Positions 8,933 to 17,225 of a DNA stretch of 47,945 bases are shown in pieces. A model generated the notes under the pieces. The model was not told where the DNA came from and made no database searches. It worked only from the letters and a program-made list of their open reading frames with translations. Within the stretch, counting starts at the first letter, position 1. Each line of letters starts with the position of its first letter. A program made the position numbers and the translations under genes. The DNA is from a virus (Duplodnaviria; Caudoviricetes), in IMG/VR virus record IMGVR_UViG_3300045580_000402, positions 1-47,945 of that record, one strand, 5' to 3'.

Positions 8933-9252
8933 TCGTCGCCCTCCTTCACAAACGCTCCCCCTGGAACCATCCGTCCGCGGCGATCCTTGATCTGGTCGTA
9001 AGCGGATGACAGGCACTCGTGGATCGTTACCTTCTGCATCTTCGCGTAGATGATCAGCGTCACCAGCACGTCGCCGAGTCCGTCGATCACGTCGGAGGGA
9101 CGTTGCTTGATCGTCGCGTCTGCGAGCTCGCCAAGTTCGCTCATGGTTTTCAGCAGTTGGGCCTGCGGTGTTGACTGCTCAATAATTCCGCGGTCGCGTG
9201 CCCATTCCTCAACCAATACGACAAGTTCACGGAGTCTGTAGAAGTCGCTCAT
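8929..9252 (-). CDS. MazG-like nucleotide pyrophosphohydrolase
   Basis: WARDRGI...QLLKTMSELGELA...IDGLGDVLVTL...AYDQIKDRRG. Confidence 0.88.
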   Translation of the reverse strand: MSDFYRLRELVVLVEEWARDRGIIEQSTPQAQLLKTMSELGELADATIKQRPSDVIDGLGDVLVTLIIYAKMQKVTIHECLSSAYDQIKDRRGRMVPGGAFVKEGDE

Positions 9253-9506
9253 TTGCCACCCATCCCTGTGCCAATCGTGCATCCGTATTCCTTCTCCGCC
9301 GCATGTATCACCGCGTCGTAATGCTCGGCCGTGTAGCGGTAGTGACCGTATCTCTTCTCCGGCCGCGGCATGCCGGCCAGCACCTTGCGCGCGTCATTCC
9401 ACGTGAACGGACCGATCGCTCGCAACGCGGACATGATGTCGCTCTGGCGATACCAGTCACGCTGGCTATCTCCGCGCATCCGTGAGAAGCTCGCGAACGC
9501 GTTCAT
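9249..9506 (-). CDS. Hypothetical protein
   Basis: Coupled ORF. Confidence 0.6.
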   Translation of the reverse strand: MNAFASFSRMRGDSQRDWYRQSDIMSALRAIGPFTWNDARKVLAGMPRPEKRYGHYRYTAEHYDAVIHAAEKEYGCTIGTGMGGK

Positions 9507-10288
9507 GCGGTCCTCTCCAGCAGGCCGCTAAGGGCGTCGTATGGCTCGGCCAGCCCAAGCGAATACTTGGCCAGCCGCGCAGCCCACTCCAACGCCTTCC
9601 GCTCCGCGTCGGTGAGCGTGGTCTGCGGCTGGCTGTAGAGCGGGAAGACCTTCTCGCTCGCCGACTTGCGATTCCAGACGGCGTCATCCCTCGAAAATGA
9701 AAGCACGCGTGGCCGACCTTCTGGATCGGCCACTGCCCACGCGACAGGCTCCTGTGTTACGCCGGTGAAGCCGTCAGCCCGTTTAGCGCTACTAGGCTGC
9801 GCGTCTGCCTCTTTCGCCGCCGGCGCGGCGTCATGATCGATACGGCTGCCGTCAAACTGAATCGTCGCCTCAAAGCAGAGCGGCATACCCATTCCGGTAT
9901 GTGCGCCGAAATGATTCAGCAGTCGATGCAACTGCCACTTGCTCCAGCCATCAGCATCCTCTGTCGGAGGCGTGTACGGCAGATAGGTCGTGATCGCATT
10001 GAGGCGCTCATGCTGCTTCTTGAGCAATGCACGGCCGTGATCCGTCAGCCTCACGCGGACGTAGTCGTTCGCGTTGTAGTTGATCCAAATTGAGGCCAAC
10101 GTGTCCGCGTTTCGCGAACCGCGAACATCCGAGTCTTTCTCGGCACTTGCGCCACGCGCGCGGAGCATGGCGTCGGCCTGCGCGTGTGCAATGCGCGCCA
10201 GGCGATCCATGTCCGCTCGCCCTTCCGGCTCAAGATTGCACAGCAGCCCCATCAACGCCGCTGCGGCAAACGTGTCCCTCTCGTTCAT
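9503..10288 (-). CDS. Mosaic hypothetical phage protein
   Basis: RDTFAAAAL...ADAMLRAR domain, NxNxxVRVRLT domain and EPVAW domain. Confidence 0.7.
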   Translation of the reverse strand: MNERDTFAAAALMGLLCNLEPEGRADMDRLARIAHAQADAMLRARGASAEKDSDVRGSRNADTLASIWINYNANDYVRVRLTDHGRALLKKQHERLNAITTYLPYTPPTEDADGWSKWQLHRLLNHFGAHTGMGMPLCFEATIQFDGSRIDHDAAPAAKEADAQPSSAKRADGFTGVTQEPVAWAVADPEGRPRVLSFSRDDAVWNRKSASEKVFPLYSQPQTTLTDAERKALEWAARLAKYSLGLAEPYDALSGLLERTA

Positions 10289-10485
10289 GACTTGCCTCCC
10301 AGCACTCGCGAAATCGACTCGGCGTCCTCATCGCAGACGACGCCTTGCAGCCTGACCAGCTCGTCCCGCATCCGCTCGATGTGGTTCGCCGCATCCGCGA
10401 TGCAGGCCGTGGCGACGCCGTCCTCGCAGTAAATGTCGCGGGACAGGATACGGAGGGCGGCGATGAGTGTGTCTGTGTGCTTCAC
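10285..10485 (-). CDS. Hypothetical protein
   Basis: Coupled ORF. Confidence 0.6.
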   Translation of the reverse strand: MKHTDTLIAALRILSRDIYCEDGVATACIADAANHIERMRDELVRLQGVVCDEDAESISRVLGGKS

Positions 10486-11000
10486 GTAAACACCTTCCCC
10501 TCCAGTTCCGAGATTCGGCGATCAAGCCACTCGATGTCGATCGCCACGCCAATTCCCCACCGGCTCAATCCGTGGCCCTCCCAGCTCCTCAGTCGTTCCT
10601 CCGCATCCGACGCATCGACTACCGGTACGACCTCAAACCGCTTGGCAGGCTCCGCAGACGCCTTTTCCGTGCACCGATCTGGTGCATCGTTTTGCACCGC
10701 CGCGAGCCGCTCTCCGGGAGTCACACCGTGGAGCTGCTCCAGGTGCACGTTCCGTTCGTCAAGTTCGCTGTTGACGTCGCGGAGGATCCCGATGAGCGAG
10801 CGAAACATGCCGTTGGTTTTCCGGAGCGTGATGTTTTCCTGCTCCAGCTTCACGACCAGTTCGCGTGCCTCGTCTCGCTCCGCGGTGGCCTCTGCATGCC
10901 ACCGGGTTTGCCGATCCAAAGCAGCCGTTGCCGTGTTCAGCTCCCGACGTAGCTCGATCGCGTCCTCCAGGCCGAACAGGCTTATGACGTAGCCGATCAC
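10482..11000 (-). CDS. Coiled-coil hypothetical protein
   Basis: GTG start coupled to upstream stop. Confidence 0.6.
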   Translation of the reverse strand: MIGYVISLFGLEDAIELRRELNTATAALDRQTRWHAEATAERDEARELVVKLEQENITLRKTNGMFRSLIGILRDVNSELDERNVHLEQLHGVTPGERLAAVQNDAPDRCTEKASAEPAKRFEVVPVVDASDAEERLRSWEGHGLSRWGIGVAIDIEWLDRRISELEGKVFT

Positions 11001-11272
11001 GCAGCACCCCCTTCCTGCGATCGCTGCAGCCCGGCACGCAGTCGCCCCGCCTGCTCGATGAGCCGCAGGCCGTGAGCCTCGATGACGCGGGCCGCGCTTT
11101 CGGTGGCCTCCTCGGGGGAGCCCCACCAATCCGTGGCCGGCACGATGACGTTGTACGGCAGCCTGACCATCTGGACGCCGTCCACGTCGACGGCCTCGCC
11201 CTCGGTCTTCCAGCATCCGAGCCCTTCACGTGTCAACGTCGCGTCTGCAACTTCTGTCTTGTAGAGCTTCAT
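10997..11272 (-). CDS. Hypothetical protein
   Basis: Coupled ORF. Confidence 0.6.
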   Translation of the reverse strand: MKLYKTEVADATLTREGLGCWKTEGEAVDVDGVQMVRLPYNVIVPATDWWGSPEEATESAARVIEAHGLRLIEQAGRLRAGLQRSQEGGAA

Positions 11273-11853
11273 TCGTCGCCCTCCTCTTCGTCCTGGTCGT
11301 CGTCGTCGAACCGCTCGGGCTCGTCAGAGTCCGAAGCGTCTGATTCCTTCGGGGCGTTGGCGGAAATCCAGTCGAGGAGCATGTCTTCCAGCCTGTCCGC
11401 CGTCGCCCGGCCGATTCCTGGGAGCGACTGCAGCCCGCCGCCGTCAATCCGCAGGTCGTCGAGCTCGCGAACCGTGGCGATCCCTGCTTCCGCGAGGATC
11501 TCGGCCTGCCGCGGGCTGAGCTCCAGCGCCTCATCGACCGGCGTGCCCAGCCAGTCGTCGTTGAGCGGCAGCTGCAGCTGCGGATCTGGGCCGCGCCGGA
11601 TCGCCTCGCGCAGGAGAAGGACGGATGCCTCCCACGCGGCTTTCGACGCCGATGCAGTGTGCTTTTTGTCCCGGTAGTCCGACTCCAGCCGCTCGCACTC
11701 CTTTTCGAGCTGCTGGATCTCCAGATAGTGCCTCCGCTCACGCTCCGCCAGGGTCGGCTCGGCGGCCGCACCCTCGGCATCCGTGTCGGCTGGATCGTTC
11801 GCGGGCTTCTTCGTCGCCTTCTTCGCCTTACTCCGTTCGCGTGTCGCGCTCAT
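11269..11853 (-). CDS. Coiled-coil protein with RNA polymerase alpha-CTD-like HhH domain
   Basis: TPVDEALELSPRQAEILAEAGIATVREL...LQSLPGIGRATADRLEDML. Confidence 0.65.
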   Translation of the reverse strand: MSATRERSKAKKATKKPANDPADTDAEGAAAEPTLAERERRHYLEIQQLEKECERLESDYRDKKHTASASKAAWEASVLLLREAIRRGPDPQLQLPLNDDWLGTPVDEALELSPRQAEILAEAGIATVRELDDLRIDGGGLQSLPGIGRATADRLEDMLLDWISANAPKESDASDSDEPERFDDDDQDEEEGDE

Positions 11854-12016
11854 GCCCCATGCCCTCCGTGTGTGTGACCAACCTCTGTGGACGGCGCGAC
11901 GGCGCCGCCTACCCTCACAATCCCCTTGTTGTCGTCCGCATCCGCAGCATCAAAGGCTCGATGATCCGCTTCGGCGCGAGAGTCATCCGCATGCGGCTGC
12001 TCCTGTAGCTTCCTGC

Positions 12017-13108
12017 TCATCTGGCACCCCCTTCCACGATCTCGCCGTCGGGGGTGGTCATCGACTCCAGCCGGCCGAAGATCGCAGACTTGACCGCATC
12101 CACGTCGCGGTCTCCGAACAGGCCGTCATCGTGGTGCGCGTCCGCCTTGCTGCGGATGGCCTCCAGTTCCTCGACGGTGGACGCTGCCTTGATGGCGGAC
12201 GTCAGGGACTGCATGGCCTCTGCCTTCGGGTCCGCAGGCGACAGCTCCTGAACAGCGACCGGTGAAGCCGCTGGCTTCTTCTTCGCCAACGCAGCCGCGC
12301 GGGCCGCTGCCGCCTTGGCAGCAGGGCCGCTGGCACCATCGCTGATCGCCGGAAATGCCTCGTCGATCGTCGACTCGCCATCCTTGATCGCCGTCCGAAC
12401 GCCCGTCAGCGTGGTGAGGTGGTCGACCGTGAGATCCTCGGCCCCGGCAACCCCAAGCGAGGCCCACACGCGGGCCGGGTCGATGCCGAGCACAGCCACC
12501 CACTTCGCCACCGCGTCCCGCCGCTTTCCGATCGTCGAGGCGTCGCCGATGGCCGCCTGCCGGGCCGCGGCCTCGATTGGCTTGCAGAGGGCCTTTGGCA
12601 CCACCTGAAACGTCGCGTCCCGCCGGGCCTTGCTGATTGCCGCCTTCGCGACGACCGCCCGCATCCGCTCGTCGTAGGGCATGCCGTTCGACTTGACGGT
12701 GCTCTCGACCACCTCGCTCGTGCTGGCGAAGTTCGTCTCCAGGTCGTGCGCGAAGCCACGGGCCTTCACGTAGCGGGGAGTCATCTCCACGATCATCGCC
12801 CCAACCCGGAGGTTGCCGAAGCACGCGCCGACGATCTCGGCCATCCGGACCGACATGCCCTCGGCGTACTTCTGCTGCCCCGTCTTTGGATCCTTGCCGA
12901 CGGGCCGGCTGTAGATGCAGCTCTCGGCCGTCTCCTCGTCGAGCGTCGCCATCTCCAGCGCCCGAGCCTTGAACTTCGCGATACTCCGCGGATACGCGTG
13001 CGCCGTCGCGATCTGCTGGTCGATCTCAGCCTTTGTGATCTGCGCCAGCGCCGCGTTCACGCTCGCCTCGACGCTGACCAATTCGCCCGACAACACTTCC
13101 TCTGCCAT
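12017..13108 (-). CDS. Putative single-strand annealing protein (recombinase partner of YqaJ)
   Basis: Adjacent to the exonuclease; EIDQQIATA..YPRS, CIYSRP, EGMSVRMAE motifs. Confidence 0.65.
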   Translation of the reverse strand: MAEEVLSGELVSVEASVNAALAQITKAEIDQQIATAHAYPRSIAKFKARALEMATLDEETAESCIYSRPVGKDPKTGQQKYAEGMSVRMAEIVGACFGNLRVGAMIVEMTPRYVKARGFAHDLETNFASTSEVVESTVKSNGMPYDERMRAVVAKAAISKARRDATFQVVPKALCKPIEAAARQAAIGDASTIGKRRDAVAKWVAVLGIDPARVWASLGVAGAEDLTVDHLTTLTGVRTAIKDGESTIDEAFPAISDGASGPAAKAAAARAAALAKKKPAASPVAVQELSPADPKAEAMQSLTSAIKAASTVEELEAIRSKADAHHDDGLFGDRDVDAVKSAIFGRLESMTTPDGEIVEGGAR

Positions 13109-13138
13109 GCCTCACCCCCTGTCAGTGTGAAAAACGCC

Positions 13139-14050
13139 TTATTTCAGCCTCAAAACCCTGCTCGTCGATTCACGCCGGAACGCCGACGCAATGTCCGGAT
13201 GCGCGGACTCCAGCGACTTCACGTCGAGCCGCCGGGCGGTCTGCGCCTTGAACGTCGCGAGCACCTGTCCGCGGTGCGTCAACGTGGCGTGCTCGGCGAA
13301 CGCGACCCGAAGCCGATCGTCGAGGAGCGCCGCCCGCTCCTCCAACTCCTTGATCTCGGCCTTGACCGCCTTCAGCTTGGCGACGGTCTCCGCGAGCTCG
13401 TCGTCGGCCTCGACCGACGTGCCGTTGTCGCGAGCCCACAGCAGCAGGGCGTCCGCGGCCGTCGTCGGCACAGGCGGAGTCTCAGTGAGCACGTGTGAGT
13501 GCCAGAACTCCCGCTCGGCCTCGATCAGATCGGCAATGAAACCGTCGTCGCGCTCCACAGCGAAGATGCGGAAGTCCTGGCCACCAATCAGCACCGGAAC
13601 GTACGCGATCTTCGCTCCCGTCACGGCCATGTAGTGGGCGACCTGCGTGTGGTAGTACACCGGGATGTCGGACGATCCGTCCTCGCCCCAGCCGTCGGCA
13701 GTCCGCGCGGTCTTGGCCTCCACAATCGCGAGCTCGTCCTCGATCAGCCCGTCGAGCGACGCCAGCATGAATGGATGCTCATCGCTCGTCTGGATCGGGA
13801 GCCCGCGGCGTACCTCGTAGCCAGTCCGGCGAGTGAACTCGTCCAACACGATCGGCTCCAGCAATGTGCCGAATCGCATCGCATCCGTCTCGGGTCGATC
13901 GTCCGCGAGACCGCGCTTGTCGAGCCACACGTCGACCGCCGTGCGCCATCGGGACAGCCCGAGAATCGCCGCAACGTCGCTTCCGCCGATGCCCTTACGA
14001 CGCTCAGCCAGCCACGCGTCGCGTGTCGTGTTCTGCACCAGACCGTTCAT
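13139..14050 (-). CDS. YqaJ-like viral recombinase exonuclease
   Basis: WLAERRKGIGGSDVAAILG, FMLASLDG, EAKT, YHTQVAHYMAVTG. Confidence 0.95.
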   Translation of the reverse strand: MNGLVQNTTRDAWLAERRKGIGGSDVAAILGLSRWRTAVDVWLDKRGLADDRPETDAMRFGTLLEPIVLDEFTRRTGYEVRRGLPIQTSDEHPFMLASLDGLIEDELAIVEAKTARTADGWGEDGSSDIPVYYHTQVAHYMAVTGAKIAYVPVLIGGQDFRIFAVERDDGFIADLIEAEREFWHSHVLTETPPVPTTAADALLLWARDNGTSVEADDELAETVAKLKAVKAEIKELEERAALLDDRLRVAFAEHATLTHRGQVLATFKAQTARRLDVKSLESAHPDIASAFRRESTSRVLRLK

Positions 14051-14484
14051 GTCGCCGTACTCCGTGTGAACTGTTCGAGACGATCGGCCATTGCGAGGAG
14101 CTGCTGCCCGTGATCGCGGATGTGGTCAATCGCTTCGCCGGACGTCATCCACATGTCGAAGCGAAGCAGGGCACGCGCCAAAATCTCACGCGCGTCGTCC
14201 ATCAGCCGCAGGCGGCCAACGTGCCCGGCTTGCCCGTCTCGCACAGGCTCGTCGCTCCTCGGCGGATCGCCCCTCCTCGACAGGGAATAGCCGGCGTTCA
14301 ACCTCGCCTGCTCCGCGTCGATCCTCCGCTGCACTTCCGCCCGGTTGACGCTGCAATCCGATGGGGCGTCGATACCGATGCGGACCTTGTCGGACCGCAG
14401 CTCCACGACCGCGATCCCGATCGTGACCGGGCGCGACGCACGCACCACGATTTCCTCGTCTTTTTTTCGGCTTAAAACCAGCAT
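14047..14484 (-). CDS. csrA: CsrA/RsmA-like carbon storage regulator with C-terminal extension
   Basis: MLVLSRKKDEEIVV...VVELRSDKVRIGIDAPSDCSVNRAEV. Confidence 0.85.
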   Translation of the reverse strand: MLVLSRKKDEEIVVRASRPVTIGIAVVELRSDKVRIGIDAPSDCSVNRAEVQRRIDAEQARLNAGYSLSRRGDPPRSDEPVRDGQAGHVGRLRLMDDAREILARALLRFDMWMTSGEAIDHIRDHGQQLLAMADRLEQFTRSTAT

Positions 14485-14497
14485 GTTCCGCCCCCGC

Positions 14498-14752
14498 TCA
14501 GCCACCGTGCTTTGCGGGGTTGTCCTCCTGTTGACGCCCATTCGCTCCGTCCGACGCGGCTCCGCCTGCGTCGTGAAGAATCTCTGCGATACCGACGAGC
14601 TCGCCTCCGCGATCCGTCTGCTGCCGCGCGAACAACTCCGCGGCCCCCGCGTCTCGGAAGAACATGGACTGCCGGCACCGCTGTCCTCCGGAGATGCCGA
14701 TCCAGGTCACCCGATGCGTGACGCGAGGGCCGCAGCGAGTCTCTCGCGTTAC
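14498..14752 (-). CDS. Hypothetical protein
   Basis: GTG start overlapping the upstream stop. Confidence 0.5.
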   Translation of the reverse strand, partial: VTRETRCGPRVTHRVTWIGISGGQRCRQSMFFRDAGAAELFARQQTDRGGELVGIAEILHDAGGAASDGANGRQQEDNPAKHGG

Positions 14753-14964
14753 GTTGCCCAATCCCTCGTGCTGGCCCCTTGCACGGCCATCCGCATGATC
14801 CGCCGCATGAACCGCACCTGCTTCCGCCTGGCCATACGGCTCCGCCGCCGCCTCTCCAGCGCCGACAGCCGGCAGTGCTCGTCCGCGATCCGCTCGTGTA
14901 GCGACTCCTCGTCGAGCTGCTCGTCCTGCGACTGCGTGCTGATTCCCGCAATGCGATTTCGCAT
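14749..14964 (-). CDS. Hypothetical basic protein, first gene of the early leftward operon
   Basis: GGAGG SD and ATG at 14964. Confidence 0.55.
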   Translation of the reverse strand: MRNRIAGISTQSQDEQLDEESLHERIADEHCRLSALERRRRSRMARRKQVRFMRRIMRMAVQGASTRDWAT

Positions 14965-15070
14965 GGGTTCCCCTCCGTGATGTGAGGGCCGCCGGCTGCG
15001 TGGGCGTGTGCTTCGGCATCTGGCGGTCCCTCGCCTCGAGCTTCCTTTTCGCGATCGCCGAAGCGTCGCG

Positions 15071-15092
15071 GTGACATCCACGTGGATGTCAC
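15071..15092. promoter_or_regulatory. Perfect 22-bp palindrome, putative operator
   Basis: GTGACATCCACGTGGATGTCAC, just downstream of the leftward -10. Confidence 0.7.
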
Positions 15093-15100
15093 GGGGGCGA

Positions 15101-15129
15101 GTTATGCCGAGTCTGGAAAAACCTGTCAA
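15101..15129 (-). promoter_or_regulatory. Leftward sigma70-like promoter
   Basis: TTGACA-N17-CATAAC on the minus strand. Confidence 0.65.
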
Positions 15130-15135
15130 TAGCGA

Positions 15136-15164
15136 TGTGCCATTTTTGCAAGAACCGCTATAAT
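15136..15164 (+). promoter_or_regulatory. Rightward promoter, back-to-back with the leftward one
   Basis: Perfect TATAAT at 15159-15164 with a weak -35. Confidence 0.5.
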
Positions 15165-15300
15165 TCGGCCGTCGCGTCTGGTTTGTGGCTGCCAGCACTG
15201 GCGGCCGCAGCATCATGAAGGAGCGGATGCGCGGCGATCAACGAACTGGATCCGATGATCCATGACGGTGGTTCGATTCCCGAGTGAAAAGGAGTTCATC

Positions 15301-15626
15301 ATGCGGGTTTTGGCTGTGCTGATTGGGTTTTTCTGCACTGCGTCGTTCGGGCAGGAAGTGGTCTACCTTGGCAGTCCGTGCGCCAACGGCAGGTGCCGCG
15401 TCGTCACTGACACGTCGACCGCGCAGGGCGTGGCCGAGGCGTGCGCACGGAGCGGGCAGCTGCGACACATGGGCGGAAACGTGGGGATGATGGAGGGTAT
15501 CGGCATGGGGAGCACGCCCGCCGCTGCGATTCGAAACTGCTGCTACTTTGCCGGATTCGCATCGTGGACCAGGGCGTGGCCCGTGGTCGCAATGGAATGT
15601 TCTTCGCCTGCATTCGTGGGAGGTGA
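15301..15626 (+). pseudogene. Secreted CAP/SCP-like protein with a 1-nt frameshift near 15550
   Basis: Signal peptide, A...ARSGQLRH...EGIGMG...CCY, then IVDQGVARGRNGMFFAC in another frame whose TGA overlaps the next GTG. Confidence 0.6.
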
Positions 15627-16186
15627 TCGTGCGTACCAAAAAAAGCTGCGTTGATTGCGGGCGAGGTCCGCTATCCGACAGCCGAAGCCTGCGATGTCTT
15701 TCGTGTGCGTGCTTTTTGCGAGACTCTCATCGCGCTCGCATGGACGTACTGGTGAGCGACAAGCATCGAGAGGCGGTTGGTCGCGTGCGCTGGTACTTGA
15801 GGAACGGATACGTTCGAGGGTGGCCATTTGGAAAGAAACGCGAGAGCTGGGCACTTCACAGGTACGTGTGGTTTCTTGAGCACGGGTACGCGCCCACGCT
15901 CATTGACCACATAAACCGGAACAAGCTGGACAACAGGATTGAAAACCTGCGTCCAGCAAACCGGGCTTTGAATGCGAGGAACGTCCACAGGGTGGCGTCC
16001 GACAACATGGCGACTGGCGTGAAATCGTACGAGCATCGTGGACTGAAAAAACCTTTTCAGGCGGTCATTCGTCGGCATGGCCGGGAACGGTCACTTGGAT
16101 ATTTCAGGACGCGGCCTGAGGCATCTGCTGCATACGAAAACGCCAGGCAGATTCTTGACGAGTTCGATTCGTTGTTTGCGTTGTAG
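15623..16186 (+). CDS. HNH endonuclease with AP2-like C-terminal domain
   Basis: LHRYVW...IDHINRNKLDNRIENLR; TGV...FQAVI...LGYFRTRPEASAAY. Confidence 0.9.
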   Translation: MIVRTKKSCVDCGRGPLSDSRSLRCLSCACFLRDSHRARMDVLVSDKHREAVGRVRWYLRNGYVRGWPFGKKRESWALHRYVWFLEHGYAPTLIDHINRNKLDNRIENLRPANRALNARNVHRVASDNMATGVKSYEHRGLKKPFQAVIRRHGRERSLGYFRTRPEASAAYENARQILDEFDSLFAL

Positions 16187-16220
16187 TTGGCTGCACCTCT
16201 CTAAAGAAAGGACGGTGATC

Positions 16221-16469
16221 GTGGTTCGTTTCATTCTGTGTCTTTCGCTGGTGGCATTTCTCGGCCTCGTCGGCGTCGCCTTTGCGGGCGCGTCGCCGGA
16301 AGCCGCAACGGCTGCGGAAAGCTGCCACGGCACCGTGACGTGCCATGGGGCGACCGGGTCGTGTCACGGCCGCACGACGGTGGCTCAGCGTGTCGCAGCC
16401 AGGCAGGCCGCCAGGCAGGACGCACGGACTGCCAAGCGTGCCGCCAAGGCGTCATGCCACGGCGAGTGA
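16221..16469 (+). CDS. Small secreted peptide with four CHG motifs
   Basis: SD AAGGA; signal peptide ending AFA; SCHG, TCHG, SCHG, SCHG. Confidence 0.7.
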   Translation: MVRFILCLSLVAFLGLVGVAFAGASPEAATAAESCHGTVTCHGATGSCHGRTTVAQRVAARQAARQDARTAKRAAKASCHGE

Positions 16470-16551
16470 TCCAGTCTCCTTGCCGGCCACCGGCCCATGC
16501 GGTGGCCGGCGAGGAGCACCGCGACGAAAAGATTGGAATGGGTGCACGCCA

Positions 16552-16902
16552 ATGAACGACCAGGCAACGGCGAGAACTGTCGCGTGGATCGATACAGAGG
16601 CGGCTACATCAAGCTCGCTTTCAGACTTTCTTGACGGCGGACACTCGGTCGTTGCCATCGAGTGGATCGACTCGTTTGGATGCCCCCCAGGCTGGGAGTT
16701 TGAGGACGAAGTTGAGCCCAAGACGACGACCATCAAGACAATCGGGTTTCTGCTCCGCGAAACGGACGACTTTATTTTTGTCGCGCCGCACATCAGCACG
16801 GCCAGTGAGCGGCGTCAAATCGCCGGCCACATGGCCGTGCCGAGGCGGCAGATCATTCGTGCAGCTGTCGTCACTTCTTTTTCTTGTCGGGGCGCTGGCT
16901 AA
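16552..16902 (+). CDS. Hypothetical phage protein (Sm-like fold pattern)
   Basis: VAIEWIDS...GW...TIGFLLRETDDFIFVA...VPRRQI. Confidence 0.7.
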   Translation: MNDQATARTVAWIDTEAATSSSLSDFLDGGHSVVAIEWIDSFGCPPGWEFEDEVEPKTTTIKTIGFLLRETDDFIFVAPHISTASERRQIAGHMAVPRRQIIRAAVVTSFSCRGAG

Positions 16903-17008
16903 GTGCTGATGCTGCCGCAGTCTTTGCCGCCTTCGACGCCTTCGGGTTATTCAGAACCTTCGACGCCGCAGTCCCAGCTTTCTTGGACGTCTGCTCGTTT
17001 TTCCCCAT
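16871..17008 (-). CDS. 45-aa Lys/Ala-rich microprotein (below the ORF-track cutoff)
   Basis: Translated by hand: MGKNEQTSKKAGTAASKVLNNPKASKAAKTAAASALSQRPDKKKK. Confidence 0.7.
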   Translation of the reverse strand: MGKNEQTSKKAGTAASKVLNNPKASKAAKTAAASALSQRPDKKKK

Positions 17009-17149
17009 TGTTGCGATCCTTCACGTAAGAACACACCGACCAGCCGTGAAACCGTTCCACGGCTTTGTATCAGCGAACGACAGGCTGGATTGAGCAGCAT
17101 CGAAGAAAGTCTTCGAGCGGCTGGAATTGGAAGTGTGACTCACCTCTTG

Positions 17150-17216
17150 GGTTTACCTGCGAGGTAAACCGATCTGGCAGAGAAATGGAGCTGCGTGGTT
17201 TACCACAAAGGTAAAG
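17150..17216. promoter_or_regulatory. Two palindromic sites TTTACC-N5-GGTAAA, 47 bp apart
   Basis: GGTTTACCtgcgaGGTAAACC (17150-17170) and GGTTTACCacaaaGGTAAAG (17197-17216). Confidence 0.65.
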
Positions 17217-17225
17217 AAATGAGGT

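Noticed and set aside
8618-9252. Three consecutive genes beginning (A/G)TGAGCGACT, suggesting cassette boundary repeats
   Set aside because: Largely explained by ATGA start/stop coupling; the match is too short to support a recombination site.
11850-12020. Short ORFs between the alpha-CTD-like gene and the annealing protein
   Set aside because: Two competing small frames with no motifs; I cannot choose between them.
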